DNA from: Hypanus sabinus
Lineage: Eukaryota
DNA length: 64,000 bases
Assembly: GCF_030144855.1 (NCBI RefSeq)
Contig: NW_026781435.1
Location: 1 to 64,000, forward strand
Direction: 5' to 3'
This document shows, one piece after another, positions 41,100-53,869 of this stretch. Positions within the stretch are counted from its first letter, which is position 1, and each line of letters starts with the position of its first letter. The notes beneath the pieces are model-generated. The model ran no database searches, had not been told where the DNA came from, and saw nothing but the letters and a program-made list of their open reading frames with translations. The translations under genes were made by a program, and so were the position numbers.

Positions 41100-44000
41100 T
41101 CACTCTGTCTCGACACTGTTGAACCGATTGCCAATTACCAGGAAGAAGTATCTGCATCGTGGTAATAAGTCACTGATGAGCCACTGGTTATGAACTAAAA
41201 GGATGGTTTAAGTACTGGGAAGTGAAAGGGTTCCTGACTAATTTTCCTGTCCTTTCAGGACTGAAAGAAGTAAGGGTGCAGCTCAGCGGGACGTTGCTGA
41301 ATTCTTGGCCTGTTCTTTTTTTTCTTTTAAACGGGGACTTCATTGTTGATTTGAATGACTTTTATTGGCGTTATACATATGTACAATGAAACCCTGCTTG
41401 GATTCCTGTCAGACAATGAAACAAAGCGTTAGATTAAAAAGAACAGAGTGATACAAAAACAGTATCACTGTTATAGATTAGCGGAAATAGATTAGCGGAA
41501 AATAATTTCCAGCAGCACCAGGATATCACAGTAATTCACATGCTGAATTCAGATTTAGGAGCAGTTGTGACATCACAAGCATCAGGTTCATGAACAGGAA
41601 TGGCGAGCTTCACTCACCCCTACTGTGAAACAACCTGAACCAAACACCCTTATTGCTAAATGACTTGGAGCTTGGAGTATTCAAGAGATGTTTAATGTTT
41701 TGGGATCTGTGATGACTTGGAGGATAGTGGTTGTAAATATTACTTTTGGCACAATATTAACCCTGCTCATGTTCCATCCTCTGTCACTTTCCTCTTTTAA
41801 TTCAGCATATGTTGGCATATACCAAGCATTAATATGTTATCTCAGTTCGTAATGGCTTTATCTATTGAATAATTTGCTGTTCTTTGTCTACCCTGTGTTG
41901 TTTTTACCCGGACGGTTGTGATGTATTCTCCTGTTTGTAATCAGTGATCGGTCGTCAGAAAATTTGTCAGAATCTGATTCTTGTATTTAAAGTAAGTTGC
42001 TGTGTCCTTTCTGTTTCTCATCATCTGGTGAAACCTCATGTCCGGACACGACCAATCACGCTCATTTCTCATATGCTCGGAACATTCAGACTATCTTGTT
42101 GGTGCTTAATATCATGTCCTTCCGGAGATGCCCATGAACATTGCTGCGAAAATCACTTTCTGATTGGACTCCGGTGCTCAGTGCAGTTCCGTAGCAATCG
42201 GTGTTGGGACCGCTTCTTATCGCGTTTTGCGTCATAATTCGGTGAACGATTTATTTTTTTGTTTATTAGCTTTATGGCAGGGGGTAGGGATCATGCGAAA
42301 TTAGATGGAAGGTCAGATAGAGTTGATGATGTACGCTTCTTGCAGAAGGATTAACACAGGCTGCACAGTCAAGAAATAATTGGCAGCAGGAATGTAAAGC
42401 AGGGAAGTGCCCAGTCTTAGATGCTGGCACAGGGAATATAGGCCTGGATTATTTCAAAAATGGGAACAAAAAACAGCTGAATTGAAAAATCGGAGTTGCC
42501 TAGCCAAAGGACTATCTGCAGAGAGAGTCTGTGGTGAGGAAGACAGATACGTATCCCAATCTATTTTCAGAGGACTGGTATATAAATACAACTCCTTCGC
42601 CATATAATAAACTGTATACTCTCTGCAGAGGCCGAGATTTTTTAACAATGAGGAGAACATTGAAACAAGCAGGGGTGTCGAGACTTTTGTGAAGATTCTA
42701 TACAGGAAAATTTGCAGAATGCTGAGGAAGCCAAATGCAATGGTAATGTAACACTCGGCTCTCTCAGCCGACGTTCATCTTGGGGAAACTGCATTAGTCC
42801 ATACCAAAATGGGTACTCATGTTTGCGTAGAAGCTGTGTAGTGCACTCGGCTGCAAGTCCACAACGTAAAATATCAGAGACTAAACAATGATTACACATA
42901 ATAACCCTTATTTGGTGGTGTGGTTAGTAGAAACCAATAAATCAAAGGATCACGCCTCCCACGTTCGCCGATAAATGACTTCCGAACCTCCGACAATCAC
43001 CGAACTATCGAATTCCGATATCCAACGTCCTGGGATCGCCGAACGCTCCCGCACTCGTCCTTCCTCTTCACTCGCCTCGCCGAAAAGACCGCGAACTCTC
43101 TCTCAGTTCCCGCCAGGCAAGTTAGCATAACAGGTCCCTCATTGGTTAGTTCCCCGTTATCTGCAGTTATAAACCAAGCATCGCAGCTACATAAACCATT
43201 ATCTCATCAGATAATATTACAGAGAAGACATTTGATTACAACACTACAGGGAAGCCATTTTATTAGCCTTAACAGTTGACATTACAGTCAATATTACTGA
43301 GAACCATAGATTAGCATCCATTTCCAAATGACGGGGATATAAAAGCAGAGTCTGAGAACCTGTCGATCTGTATATTCTTCCAGGTTGTGGCCTCATAAAC
43401 ACGTAGCACGGGCAGCAAATGCTGGAGGTCCTGTCTTTTAATTTCACTCTTAACTCCCGGAACTGGTAGTGCAGTAAATCCTCCCTGAACGTACCCATGT
43501 CATTGGTACCTCAATGGCCCACGATGTTGAGCTGTTAACTCTGCCAGGTAAGAATGCTGAGGACTCGATCCGAGTTGTCCCTGATGTTGTCGCCGACAGA
43601 ACCACCTGTCTGCACCACTAACGAATGCCCTATCACCACAGCGTGACTTTCACACTTCCGCGTCCCCCCCCAACCACATGTACACAGAGACCACTCAAAA
43701 CCCACCGCTCTTCTCAGTCACCGAGGCAAAATAACTGCTTGAGAGTAGACTACAGTGACAGAACTCTGTTAGTCATTTTTTCCGCGCCCCCCAAACTTCC
43801 AAATGTGGCAGATGGCCACGGGGGAGCTCTGCTCTGGCCCCTTCAGCCGTTTCTCATTCCATACCGTTAGACAGTCTCTTGTGCCCCGAGCCCTGGGTGT
43901 AAATCCCTCTCTGTATGTCTTGTCCATCACCACTTCAGACTCCCGAGTGACCTGTAGCTTATCCAGTTCCAGATCCATCTCCGTAACGCGAACGGTCAGA

Positions 44001-44737
44001 AGTTGTAGCCAAACGTAGCTAAGACAGCAGTCGTCGTCAGGGTGACTGGAGTTCTCTATGCCTTCTCAGATCCCGCAAGAGGAGCATTCAACTATCCTGC
44101 CGGCTTCTCTGTTATCCCATATGATCAGATATTTAAAAAGATAAGGAAAAGAAAAACTCTTCGCCAAGTGCGTTTCTTTTCTTTGTCTATTTGACTGAAA
44201 CCTCCCTGAACTGACGCCTCGGCGAGCAGAAACCTGAAGATCACCTGCTTGATGGCTACTGCATTTGCCCCTGCTTTCCTCTTGATGATCAGTGACAAAC
44301 GACGCCTGGTCGCTGGCCAACGCTGTTTTCACTGTAAGGATCACCTGTCGCTTTTTATACCCGTGCTGAGTGAAGTCCTCTCCTCCTAAATCACCCGACG
44401 TCCAGAGCTGTCGCTCGACAGAACTCATTTTTTCTGAAAATAATTATTTAGGAATTATCTAAAGCGACACCATTTTCAAACTACCTATGCAATTATATAT
44501 TTATATCCGTTTATATCATCATTATTGTTTGTTTTATTTTTTTATTTTCTTCGTGTAACTTCATTACCAGACTTGTTGTGTTACAGTGTCTAACTGCGTG
44601 TCAATAATTTTCTCAAATTTGTGTCCATTTACAGAAACGGCACATATCCGTGGACAGCGGACTGCTGGGATTATTAGACACACTTCCAATCTGCTTTCGT
44701 ATCGCTTCTCTGTCGGTCTGCAAATAAAGCGTTAACT

Positions 44738-44834
44738 GCAGCTGTCATTCCGTAGAACCTAATTAAGGGAGTGTCACTGGAGATTGTCGACGTCACAGCG
44801 GAGGTGTGGCTACTGGTTGCCTGGTCTATAAATA
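44738..44834 (+). promoter_or_regulatory. Putative proximal promoter of the intact receptor
   Basis: CAGCTGTCA, TAATTAA (44760-44766), GATTGTCGACGTCAC (44782-44796) and TATAAATA (44827-44834). Conserved with 17301-17399. Confidence 0.65.
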
Positions 44835-44960
44835 TGTCCGGTATCCCTCACGACGACAGTTTCAGTGAGAGCCGCCAGCTTGCGGTATCAGAGATAAGCG
44901 ACTGTAGACAGAGAGAAGACAGAGGCTGGATCGGGAACAGGAGTCTGGACTATTCCAGCA

Positions 44961-45132
44961 ATGGATCAGAATCTTCAAAACACATCGCGCAGTGATGCGG
45001 CAATTGCTAAGAATATTTTCTGGACGAGTTCATATATGATTAATGTGCTGATGTGGGATTATCGAATCGCTGCTGCAATTGTGACATTCCAAGACGTTTA
45101 CTACCCTGTACTCGCCATTGTAGCTCTTCCTG
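44961..45132 (+). CDS. GPR139-like: Intact GPR139-like receptor, exon 1
   Basis: MDQNLQNTSRS...DVYYPVLAIVALP plus G (172 nt, phase 1), then GTAAGT. N-glycosylation sequon NTS. Confidence 0.9.
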
Positions 45133-45830
45133 GTAAGTGTCTCGTCTCTTCCTCAAGATGTTGTTGAAAAATATATGACAGCTTCTCTTCCATCCCTGTC
45201 CTCTAACGGTTCGCTAATTTTATATCAGGTCTTTCCAAACGGTTTCGCTTCAGCAAACATGGTCTGAGTGTATTTGACACGGTACCCCATGCAAGGCATA
45301 TTGAGCTAATAAGGAGGCATGTTATCCAAAGAGACTTTGCTTTGTGGCTCCAGAACTCGCTTCCCACTGAAGACAAAGAGATGATGTAGACGTGTCATAT
45401 TCTGCAAGGAGGTCGGTGGCCAGTAGTGTGCCTCAGTTATCATTGTGCTAAACTTACTCTTCCTGCTTTTTACAAAAAGGCCTGGATGTGGAAGTGGAGC
45501 GTTGGTTCAGTAAATGTGCTGGTGACACAGAGGTTGGAGCTATTGTGGATAGTGTGGAAGGCTGTCAGAGATTACAGCGAGACATTGATAAGATGCAATA
45601 CTGGGAGAGAAGTGGCAGATAGAGTTCAACGCAGATTAGTCCAAAGTGGCTCACTTTGGTAGATCAAACATGATGGCCGAATATAGTATTAGTAGTTAAG
45701 ACTGTTGGCAGTGTGGAGGATCAGAGGGTTTTTTTGGGTCCGATTCCATAGGGCGCTCAAAACAGCTGCGCCGGTCGATTTTGAGAGTGAGAAGGAATAT
45801 GGTGTATTGGCACCCATTAATAGTTGAATT

Positions 45831-46488
45831 TGTTATGAAGGATGAACAACTCCTATGGTTAGAAGGGTACACAATTGCCCATATATTTTTCCCTTCCCTA
45901 GGAGAATTACAACCCGTTACTGCTGCAGTGCTTCTAATGAGAGAGAAAGAGATGGAACAAAAATATACTGGGACTGTAACATTTGCTTCAGATAAGGGAG
46001 AGATAACACCGGGAGAGAGAGACTTGCTGTTCCACCATATTTTGACTCCTGAAAGACTTATGGCCCCGGAGAGGGCTGTTTACTTGGTACCATTCTGTAC
46101 ATTAAAATTCCACAGTGGACAGCCGGAGTGGGCCGGTTTGATGGACTAAGCCATTCAAAACTGATTGACACCTGAGACCCCGTGAGTACGGATAAAAGTG
46201 AGGACTGGGGAGACACCCCTCAGACACACCAGGAGACGCACCAGGATACAGACTAGTGAGCACTGCTTAAGTGTTGGAACCCACAAGAAAAGTGTTGGGC
46301 ATCGGAGATCGAACGAAGGATCGGTCAATTTTAACTCACAGTGCTTACAGCGAGGCAAGTGGGGGCTTGTCTGTGTGTCCACCCTTGCCTGGGTGACGAG
46401 TCCACCGTAGAAGAACGGTCTAGCTAAAGGCGAAAGGGGTCGACGGATCAAGAACGTAAAGGAAGGTTTGACTGACTGTCACTTTTTG

Positions 46489-46568
<80 letters not shown>

Positions 46569-46800
46569 AATTACAACACATCGACCAACAACCAACAACT
46601 ACCTCGGCCTGTATGAACAGAACTGAACTTTATATTCACTTATGAAAATTCATTATCCCCTCGACAACGATAGAGCTTGTTTATTGTATATTATTATTAT
46701 TACCCACACTTTTAGGTTTAGTATTGCCAACGTGTATTATCTTTATATTTGTATTGTGGATATTGATTTGTATATTTTACTAATAAACACTATTTTGAAA
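45831..46800 (+). mobile_element. 3'-truncated LTR inserted in the intronic CR1; related to the 54633-59086 LTR family; contains (CT)n at 46493-46565
   Basis: Starts TGTTATG. About 46260-46430 matches the reverse complement of about 58540-58720, and the host CR1 resumes at about 46805. Confidence 0.75.
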
Positions 46801-46804
46801 ATAG

Positions 46805-48520
46805 TGAATTTAGGAGCCGAGAGTTAATGTTGCAGCGATATAGGACAATGATTTGACCCTACTTGGAGTACTCGACTCAATTCTGGTCGCCTCACTACAG
46901 GAAGGATGTGGAAACCATAGTAAAGGTGCAGAAGAGATTGGCGAAGATGTTGACTGGATGGATTGGGGAACATGCCTTATGAAATCAGGTTGAGTGAACA
47001 CGGCCTGTTCTCCGCGAAGAGACGAAGGATGAGCAGTGACCTGATAGAGGTGTATCAGATGATGAGAAACATTGATCGTGTGGATAGTCAGAGGTTTTCT
47101 CCAAGTGCTGAAATGGTTCCAATAAGAGGACATAAGTTTAACGTGCTGGGATGCAGGTACAGAGGAGATGTCATGGGGAATTCGTTTATGCTGAGATTCG
47201 TGAGTGTGTTGAATGTTCTGCTGGCAACAGTGGTGGAGGCGGATTCGAGAGGGTCTTTTAAGAGACTTTTGGAGAGTTACTTGGAGGGTGGGAAAATAGA
47301 GGGCTGTGGGTAGGCCTAGTCAATCCTAAGATTGGGACATGTTTGGCACAACATTCTGCGCCGAAGGGACTGAATTGTGCTTTTGATTTTCTATGTTTCT
47401 AGATCAGCCATAATCACTGTCATTGCCTGATCTTGCCAGTCTGAACTGATGGACTATTCCTGCTCCTATTGCTAATGAACATGCCACTCCCCAATCTGCC
47501 TCTTTCCAACCCATCTCAATCTCCAATCCCTCTCCCACTAGACAATCTCAAATCTATATCTCACTCACCATTTTGAGTTTCCAATCCGTCTGACTCTCAA
47601 CAGACAAATTCTAACTGGCAAATGGAGTGTAACCCAGATAGGTGTGAGGCACATGGAGTTTAACTCAGATGAGTTAATTTTGTGGTTCATTTTGCTAGGT
47701 CAACTATGAAGGCGGAATATAGTATTAATGGTAAGACTCTTGGCAGTGTGGAGGATCAGAGGGATCTTGGAGTATGAGTGCATAGGACTCTCAAAGCAGC
47801 TGCACACGTTGACTAGTGGTTAAGGAGACGGACGGTGCATTGGCTTTCATCGATCCTGGAATTGAGTTCAGGAGCAGAGAGCTAATGTTGCAGCTATATG
47901 GGATCCTGGTCAGATCCCACGTGTAGTACTGTGCTCAGTTCTGGTCGACTCACTGCAGGAAGGACGTGGAAGCCACAGAAAGGGTGCAGAGATGATTAAC
48001 AAGGATGTTGCCGGGATTGGGGATCATGCCTTATGAAATCAGGTTGAGTGAACACTGCCTATTCTCCTCGAAGCAACAAAAGGTGAGCGGTGACCCGAGG
48101 CATTGATCGTCTGGATAGTCAGAGGATTTTGCCAAGTGCTGAAATGGTTGCCATAAGAGGACACAGGTTTAACGTGCTGGGATGCAGGTACAGAGGAGAT
48201 GTCATGAGGAATTCTTTTATGCAGAGAGTTGTGAGTGTATTGAATGTTCTGCCGGCAACAGTGGTGGTGGCGGATACGAGAGGGTCTTTTAGGAGACTCT
48301 TGGAGAGTTACATGGAGCTTTCAAAAATATAGGGCTGTCGGTAAGCCTGTCATTCCTAAGGTTGGGACATGTTGGACACAACGTTACGGGCCAAAGGTCC
48401 TGCATTGTGCTGTTGGTTTTTTATGTTTCTATGTTTCTAGATCCGCCATGATTACTTTCGTTGACAAATCACGCCAATCCGAACAGATGACTACACCTGC
48501 TCCTATTGCTAATGGTCTTA
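46805..48520 (+). repeat. Tandemly duplicated CR1 3' end plus flank within the intron
   Basis: About 46810-47480 vs 47880-48520 are highly similar, including non-LINE sequence past the tail (CCTGCTCCTATTGCTAATG in both). Confidence 0.8.
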
Positions 48521-49192
48521 CGTTCTCATTCTCTCTCGTGTTTACCGTTGAGCGGACATGAATTTATATCACTTTAATACATGGCATATTAATCAGTTTA
48601 TTATTTTCTTAACAGCTCCCTGTGTCCACTCCTTATTCTGACTTCAAAGATCAGAATATATTCCAGGTATCCACTAATATCCCTGATTAGCCCACAGGGT
48701 ACGACAGCTGAATTCAGCAATTCGAGCACCGAGCCGTCTCCATTATAGCTGATTTATCATCCCCCTGAACCACATTCTGGCGACCACTCCCCGTGTCCAT
48801 TGACACCCCGACGAATCATGAACCTATCACTCTCCGCTGCCAACAAATTGGCAACCATAGCAGTCTGTGGCGTTAAATTCCACACATTTAGCCGCCTTCG
48901 AGTAACGAAATTGTTCCCCATCTCTGTTCCAACGAGATTGGTTTACTTTTGTGAAGACTTGTTCTCAGAAGATTCCAATCCACGTCCACAATATTTCGGA
49001 CGTTCAAAATTCGATAGGTTTCCCTGAGAATCCCCTCAATATTTTGAACTTCAGCAGGTACATTATACTCCGAAATAGTAATGGCTCCCATATTCATCTC
49101 TGTTCTTGGAAGTGTTGTCGATTAAAACAATAGTTTATAGGGAAAGTTTTCATCAAAATATGTGTTAATGACCTTTATTTCTCTCCACACAG

Positions 49193-50118
49193 TAAACGTG
49201 GTGACATTAGTCATCCTGTCGCGGGGAAAGTGCGGTCTCTCCAAAGGCGTCACAAGGTACCTGGTTGCCATGGTAGCTGCGGATCAGTTGGTCGTTTTCT
49301 TCGATCTGGTTTTGAGCAAGATTCCGATGACTTTCATTCCAGACGAGTTTTTTCTCTGGTCCCGTCGTGTTCCTGTGTGTAATATCCACGCCGTCGTGCT
49401 CTACGCCGCCACGGACTGTTCTGTCTGGTTCACCGTCACTTTCACCTTTGATCGATTTGTCGCCATTTGTTTTCCGAAGCTGAAACAAAAATACTGCACC
49501 GGGAGAGCGGCGGCTCTGGTTCTGGGGACAGTGACTGTGCTGAGCTGCTTAAAAAACATTTTTTGGTACTTTTTTCTCGATGGGACATATTCGATATTAA
49601 GAACGTCCGTGTTGTGTTATAGCAGTAAACGCTTATTTTCCCCACCGAAGCTCGCAACATTTCTGATGATTCATTTCGTCTTGACCCCAATATTACCCTT
49701 TATCCTGATTCTGCTGCTCAACAGTTTAACCATCAGGCACGTCTTAGTGGCCAGCCGAGCCCGGAGGAGACTCCGTGGTCTGCGCGATGGCGAGACGCCC
49801 GCCGACCCGGAGATGAAGAACCGCAGGCAATCCCTCCTGTTACTACTGGTGATGTCAGGGAATTTCATCCTGCTATGGGCGCTGCTGACGGTGTCTTCCG
49901 TATGGGAGAGTCTCAGTGATTACGTTCCCTTGATTCCCCCTAAATCTCTTCGGGAGCTTGGCTACATGCTGCAAACGCTGAGCTGCTGCACCAACACCGC
50001 CCTTTACGCTGTGGTCCAGGCGAGGTTCAGGGTTCAGCTGCAGGAGACGGTGACAATTCCCTTCCGTCTATTGACAAATTTCACTCGGCGTTGTCAGGAG
50101 AGCATTAATCCTCAGTGA
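49193..50118 (+). CDS. GPR139-like: Intact GPR139-like receptor, exon 2 (spliced product 365 aa, 7TM class A)
   Basis: Pyrimidine tract and CACACAG acceptor at 49191-49192. G+TA restores Val in frame, and 172+926=1098 nt. Motifs: YLVAMVAAD (TM2), TDCSVWFTVTFTFDRFVAIC (TM3), LTPILPF (TM5), NTALY...RFR (TM7/helix 8). Family assignment is from remembered GPR139/142 motifs, not a search. Confidence 0.92.
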
Positions 50119-50653
50119 CGCCCGAAAATATCCTATTCTGTCAGTGGCATGTGCAGTTCTATTGGCGCTGTGGACGTCCCTGAATATCTCCCGCCCTCCA
50201 CCCCTCGATGCACCAACAGGATTTGAGAGTATCCCCTTTCTGCCTCCATTCTGACACTTCCAGTTTACTTACTTCACGAGTTCCCTGAAATGTCCCCCTC
50301 AGTACCATCAAGTGGGTTGTTCTAACCTTATTTGCACGCGAAGCTTTACCATCACCAACGCAATACGACCGTTGTGCCTTGCTTGTGTTCCATGCGGATC
50401 CCAGCCTGTGTATGCCCGATGTCGCTCCATCTCTTTCCTCTGTCGATGACTATTGGTTCTGAGAGCCACTGCCTTTGAGCCGTTCAGGTAGCCTGGTTAC
50501 CGTGGACAGCCTGCAAGTCTCCTCTTATGGAACGGAGTACTTTAGAGTTCTGTGTGCCACCTCGAGAATAATTTACTTACTTGCACTCGTAAAACGACTC
50601 ATCCAATCGTCCATCCCTAGCAACAATTCCCATCGGAAAGCCTCTGGAATTCA

Positions 50654-50659
50654 AATAAA
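50654..50659 (+). terminator. Putative polyadenylation signal of the intact receptor
   Basis: AATAAA about 540 nt after the stop. The position is conserved as AATAAA or ATTAAA at 481-486, 28371-28376 and 31460-31465 (minus strand). Confidence 0.6.
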
Positions 50660-51789
50660 TTCTTGGCCAGTTTGTGTTGCGGTGGTCCTATCTGTCGAAT
50701 TGGATTGAGTGCATTCGGTAGGTGGGGAAGCTGATTGCTGAGGAAAGGGCAAATGATGTCTATTTATTGATCGTTTCCCTCGTAGCTTGGTCTTTCTCCT
50801 TCTCTGGTTGATTGTAAGCCGTTCGACTCATTTTCCGCCGCTGTCGTAAAGTGTGACCACCTGTGTGTCCTCGTCCTTCTCCTGGTTCCTCCCACAGAGC
50901 AGAGACCTATGTATTGACAGGTCAATCGGTCATTGGAAATTGTTCCATTAGCAGGATTGCTTGGTCCGTGAAGCATTGCGCCAGCCAAGGCCTAACGTTG
51001 GAATTAAACTGGAAGTAATTATTTTGAAAATGACCCGTTCCGGTAGGCTGAGACATGGGACTGAGTGGCATTTTATAACATGGCTTCAAATAGAATACAG
51101 AGGACAGTGGTGGAGAACAGCCATTCTGCATGTGACAATTGTTGGAAACGTTCTGGCATTTGACTTGTATGAAAATGGGCTTGTCTCATAATACTCTTGC
51201 AGACGACACAAATATGATGGAATTGTGGATGTCGAAGGAGCCTGCTTAAAGCCCAGTTGGAAATGCGGCCGAAAAAAAATGACAACTCTGTCATAGTAAT
51301 AGGACAGTTCAGTCTCGAACGATAGAGAAATACGAGCATAGGAAATATCTTTAGCAATATGGAGAAAATGGAGAGAACAAAAGACGGTTTATGATGAGGT
51401 ATTATAAGAATGTTTGGCTTCGTCAAAACATCTGCGCCTGGACAGGTAATTCAGTAACTCTGTTGTTCAATTCATCAATCTGTAAAAATAGAAATAAAAA
51501 AAACAAATAGATTTGTATGTCGCCAGCCGGTGGAAGATTGTGATGCAGAGATTTTATGTGGTAACCCAGGAATCGCATTTTAATCACAACGCATAAAGGC
51601 AAGTCCATAATTAATGACCGACAGTGAGACCTTCCCCGGGTTACCGAGACAGACATATGCCCGTGAGGAAAATGGAAGGATATGCTCATTTTACAAGCTG
51701 AAAAGATTAGTTAGCCATCTGCAACACAATACAGGAACTTCGGCCCACAATGCTGTTCCGAGAATTGACTTACTTTATAAATTATCTCC

Positions 51790-53810
51790 TGTTACCGGTT
51801 GGCCTCTTCTTTTTAAGCTCCATATGCTTCTCCAGGAGTCTCTTAAAAGACCCTATCGTACCCGCCTTCACAACCGTCACCGGCAGCCCATTCAACGCAC
51901 TCGCCAATCTTCGCGTATAAAACGTAACCTGACACCTCCTCTGTACCTCCTTCCAGCAGCTTCAAGCAGTACCCTCTCATGACAGCCATTTCAACCCTGG
52001 GATAAAGCCTCTGACTATCCAGATGGTCAATGCCTATCATCTTATACAACACTATAAGGTCACAGCTAATCCTCCGTCGCTCCAAGGAGAACAGGCCTAT
52101 TCAGCTATGGCACACTCCCCAATCCAGATAGCATATTTGTAAATCTGTTCTACACCCTTTATATGATTTCCGCATCCTTCCTCTAAAGGGGCAACCAGAA
52201 ATTAGCTAGATTCTGCATTAATATTTGACCTACCAAAATTAACCACTCCACATTTTTATGGGTTGAAATCTATCTGCCACTTTTCTGCCCAGTTCTGTCA
52301 GCCCTCCACACTATCCACAACAACTCCAAACATAGAGCCATCTCCAAATTTAATAAGTCTTCGCTGCACTTCCCCATTCAGGGCATTTTATAAAAATCAC
52401 GAAGAGTAAGAGTCCCATAACAGACGCTGAGACACAACACTGGTTACCAACCAGCGTGCAGAATCTGGCCCGTCTACAACGACTATTTACTTTCTGCGGG
52501 GAAGCCAGCTCTGGATCCACAAAGCCACTGTCCCTTTGGATCACAAGCCTCTTACTTTCTCAAAAACGCTTGCATGGTGCACCGTATTATAAGCCTTGCT
52601 GAAATACATATATACTATATCTACAGCCCTTCCTACATCTATAGTCACATCCGTCAAACATTCAATCAGACTCTTAAGGCATGACCTGCCCTTTACAAAG
52701 TCATGCTGACTATTTCTTTTCATACTATATCTCTCCAAATGTCCATAAGTCCTGCGTCGCAGGACCTTCTCCATCAACGTACCAACCACAAAGTTAAGAC
52801 TCACTAGTCTATAATTTCCTGGGCTATCTCTACTCCCTTTCCTGAATAAAGGAACAACATTCGCAAACCGCCAGTCCTCCGGAACTTCTCCCGTCGCAGC
52901 TGATGAAGCAAAGAACATCGGCAGCGACGCAGCTATCTGCTCCCTCACCTCCCACAGTTTCCTGGGTTACATCTCATCCGGTCCCAGCGACATAACCAGG
53001 TTGATGCTTTCCAGAATCTCCAGAACATCCTCTTTCTTAATATCTACATGCTCAAGTTTTTCAGTTGGCTGCAAGTCATCACTACAAACACCCAGATCCT
53101 TTTCCATAGCGAATGCTGAAGAAAAGTTTTCAGTTCTTACCACGATTATTTCTTCCTGCTCCAAACACACTATCCCACTGTCACACGTGATAGGTCCTAT
53201 TCTTTCCCGTCTTATCCTCTTGCTCTTCACATGCTTGCAGAGTGCCTTGGGGTTTTCCTTCATTCTGCACGCCAAGGTCCTCACGTGGCCCCATCTGGGT
53301 CTCCTAATTAAGCTCCTTCCTGTCAGACATAATCCTCTCGATCTCCAACATCACCGAGCTCATTGAAACACTTGTAAAGCTTTCTTTTCCACCTGACTAG
53401 ATTTATTACGGCTTTTGTATATCAGAATTCCTGTACCCTACCGTAACTTCCCTGTCTCTTTGGAATGTACCTATTCACAACTCCAGACAAATAGACCATG
53501 ATTTTTTTCCACATTTATCCTGAATATTGTCTTGAGAACATCTGTTCCCAATTTATGCTTACAATTTCCTCCCAGATAGCCTCACTATTCCAGTCACCAC
53601 AATTAAACGATTTACTAACTTGTCTGCTTCTCTCTCTCTTCAATGCTATTTTAAAGGAGATGAATTATGATCACGATCTACAAAATACGCTACCACTGAG
53701 AGATCTTACACCCGACACCCTGGTTCATTTCCCAATTCCATCTCAAGTACGGTCTCCCCACTTGTAGGCTTATCTACATATTTTGTCACGAAACCTTCAT
53801 GAACACACCT
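51790..53810 (-). mobile_element. Decayed CR1 (shared flank insertion)
   Basis: GNYRLVSLNFVVGTL and YFSKAYNTV remnants. Same start site as the copies at 7880 and 35010. Confidence 0.85.
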
Positions 53811-53869
53811 AACAAACTCCACAGCATCTAAACCCTTCCTCTCACGAGGTGTCAATCGTTATTCAACAG

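Noticed and set aside
40856-41193. ORFs spanning N runs (also at 55129-55571, 61568-61828 and 62383-62793)
   Set aside because: Artefacts of translating assembly gaps.
45781-46149. 122-aa ORF in the receptor intron as an extra exon
   Set aside because: It spans a CR1/LTR junction and lies mostly in LTR sequence, with no splice support.
49162-49192. Single-exon 318-aa GPCR starting at 49162
   Set aside because: The first residues are intron: a pyrimidine tract and AG at 49191-49192. TM1 is complete only with the phase-matched exon at 44961-45132.
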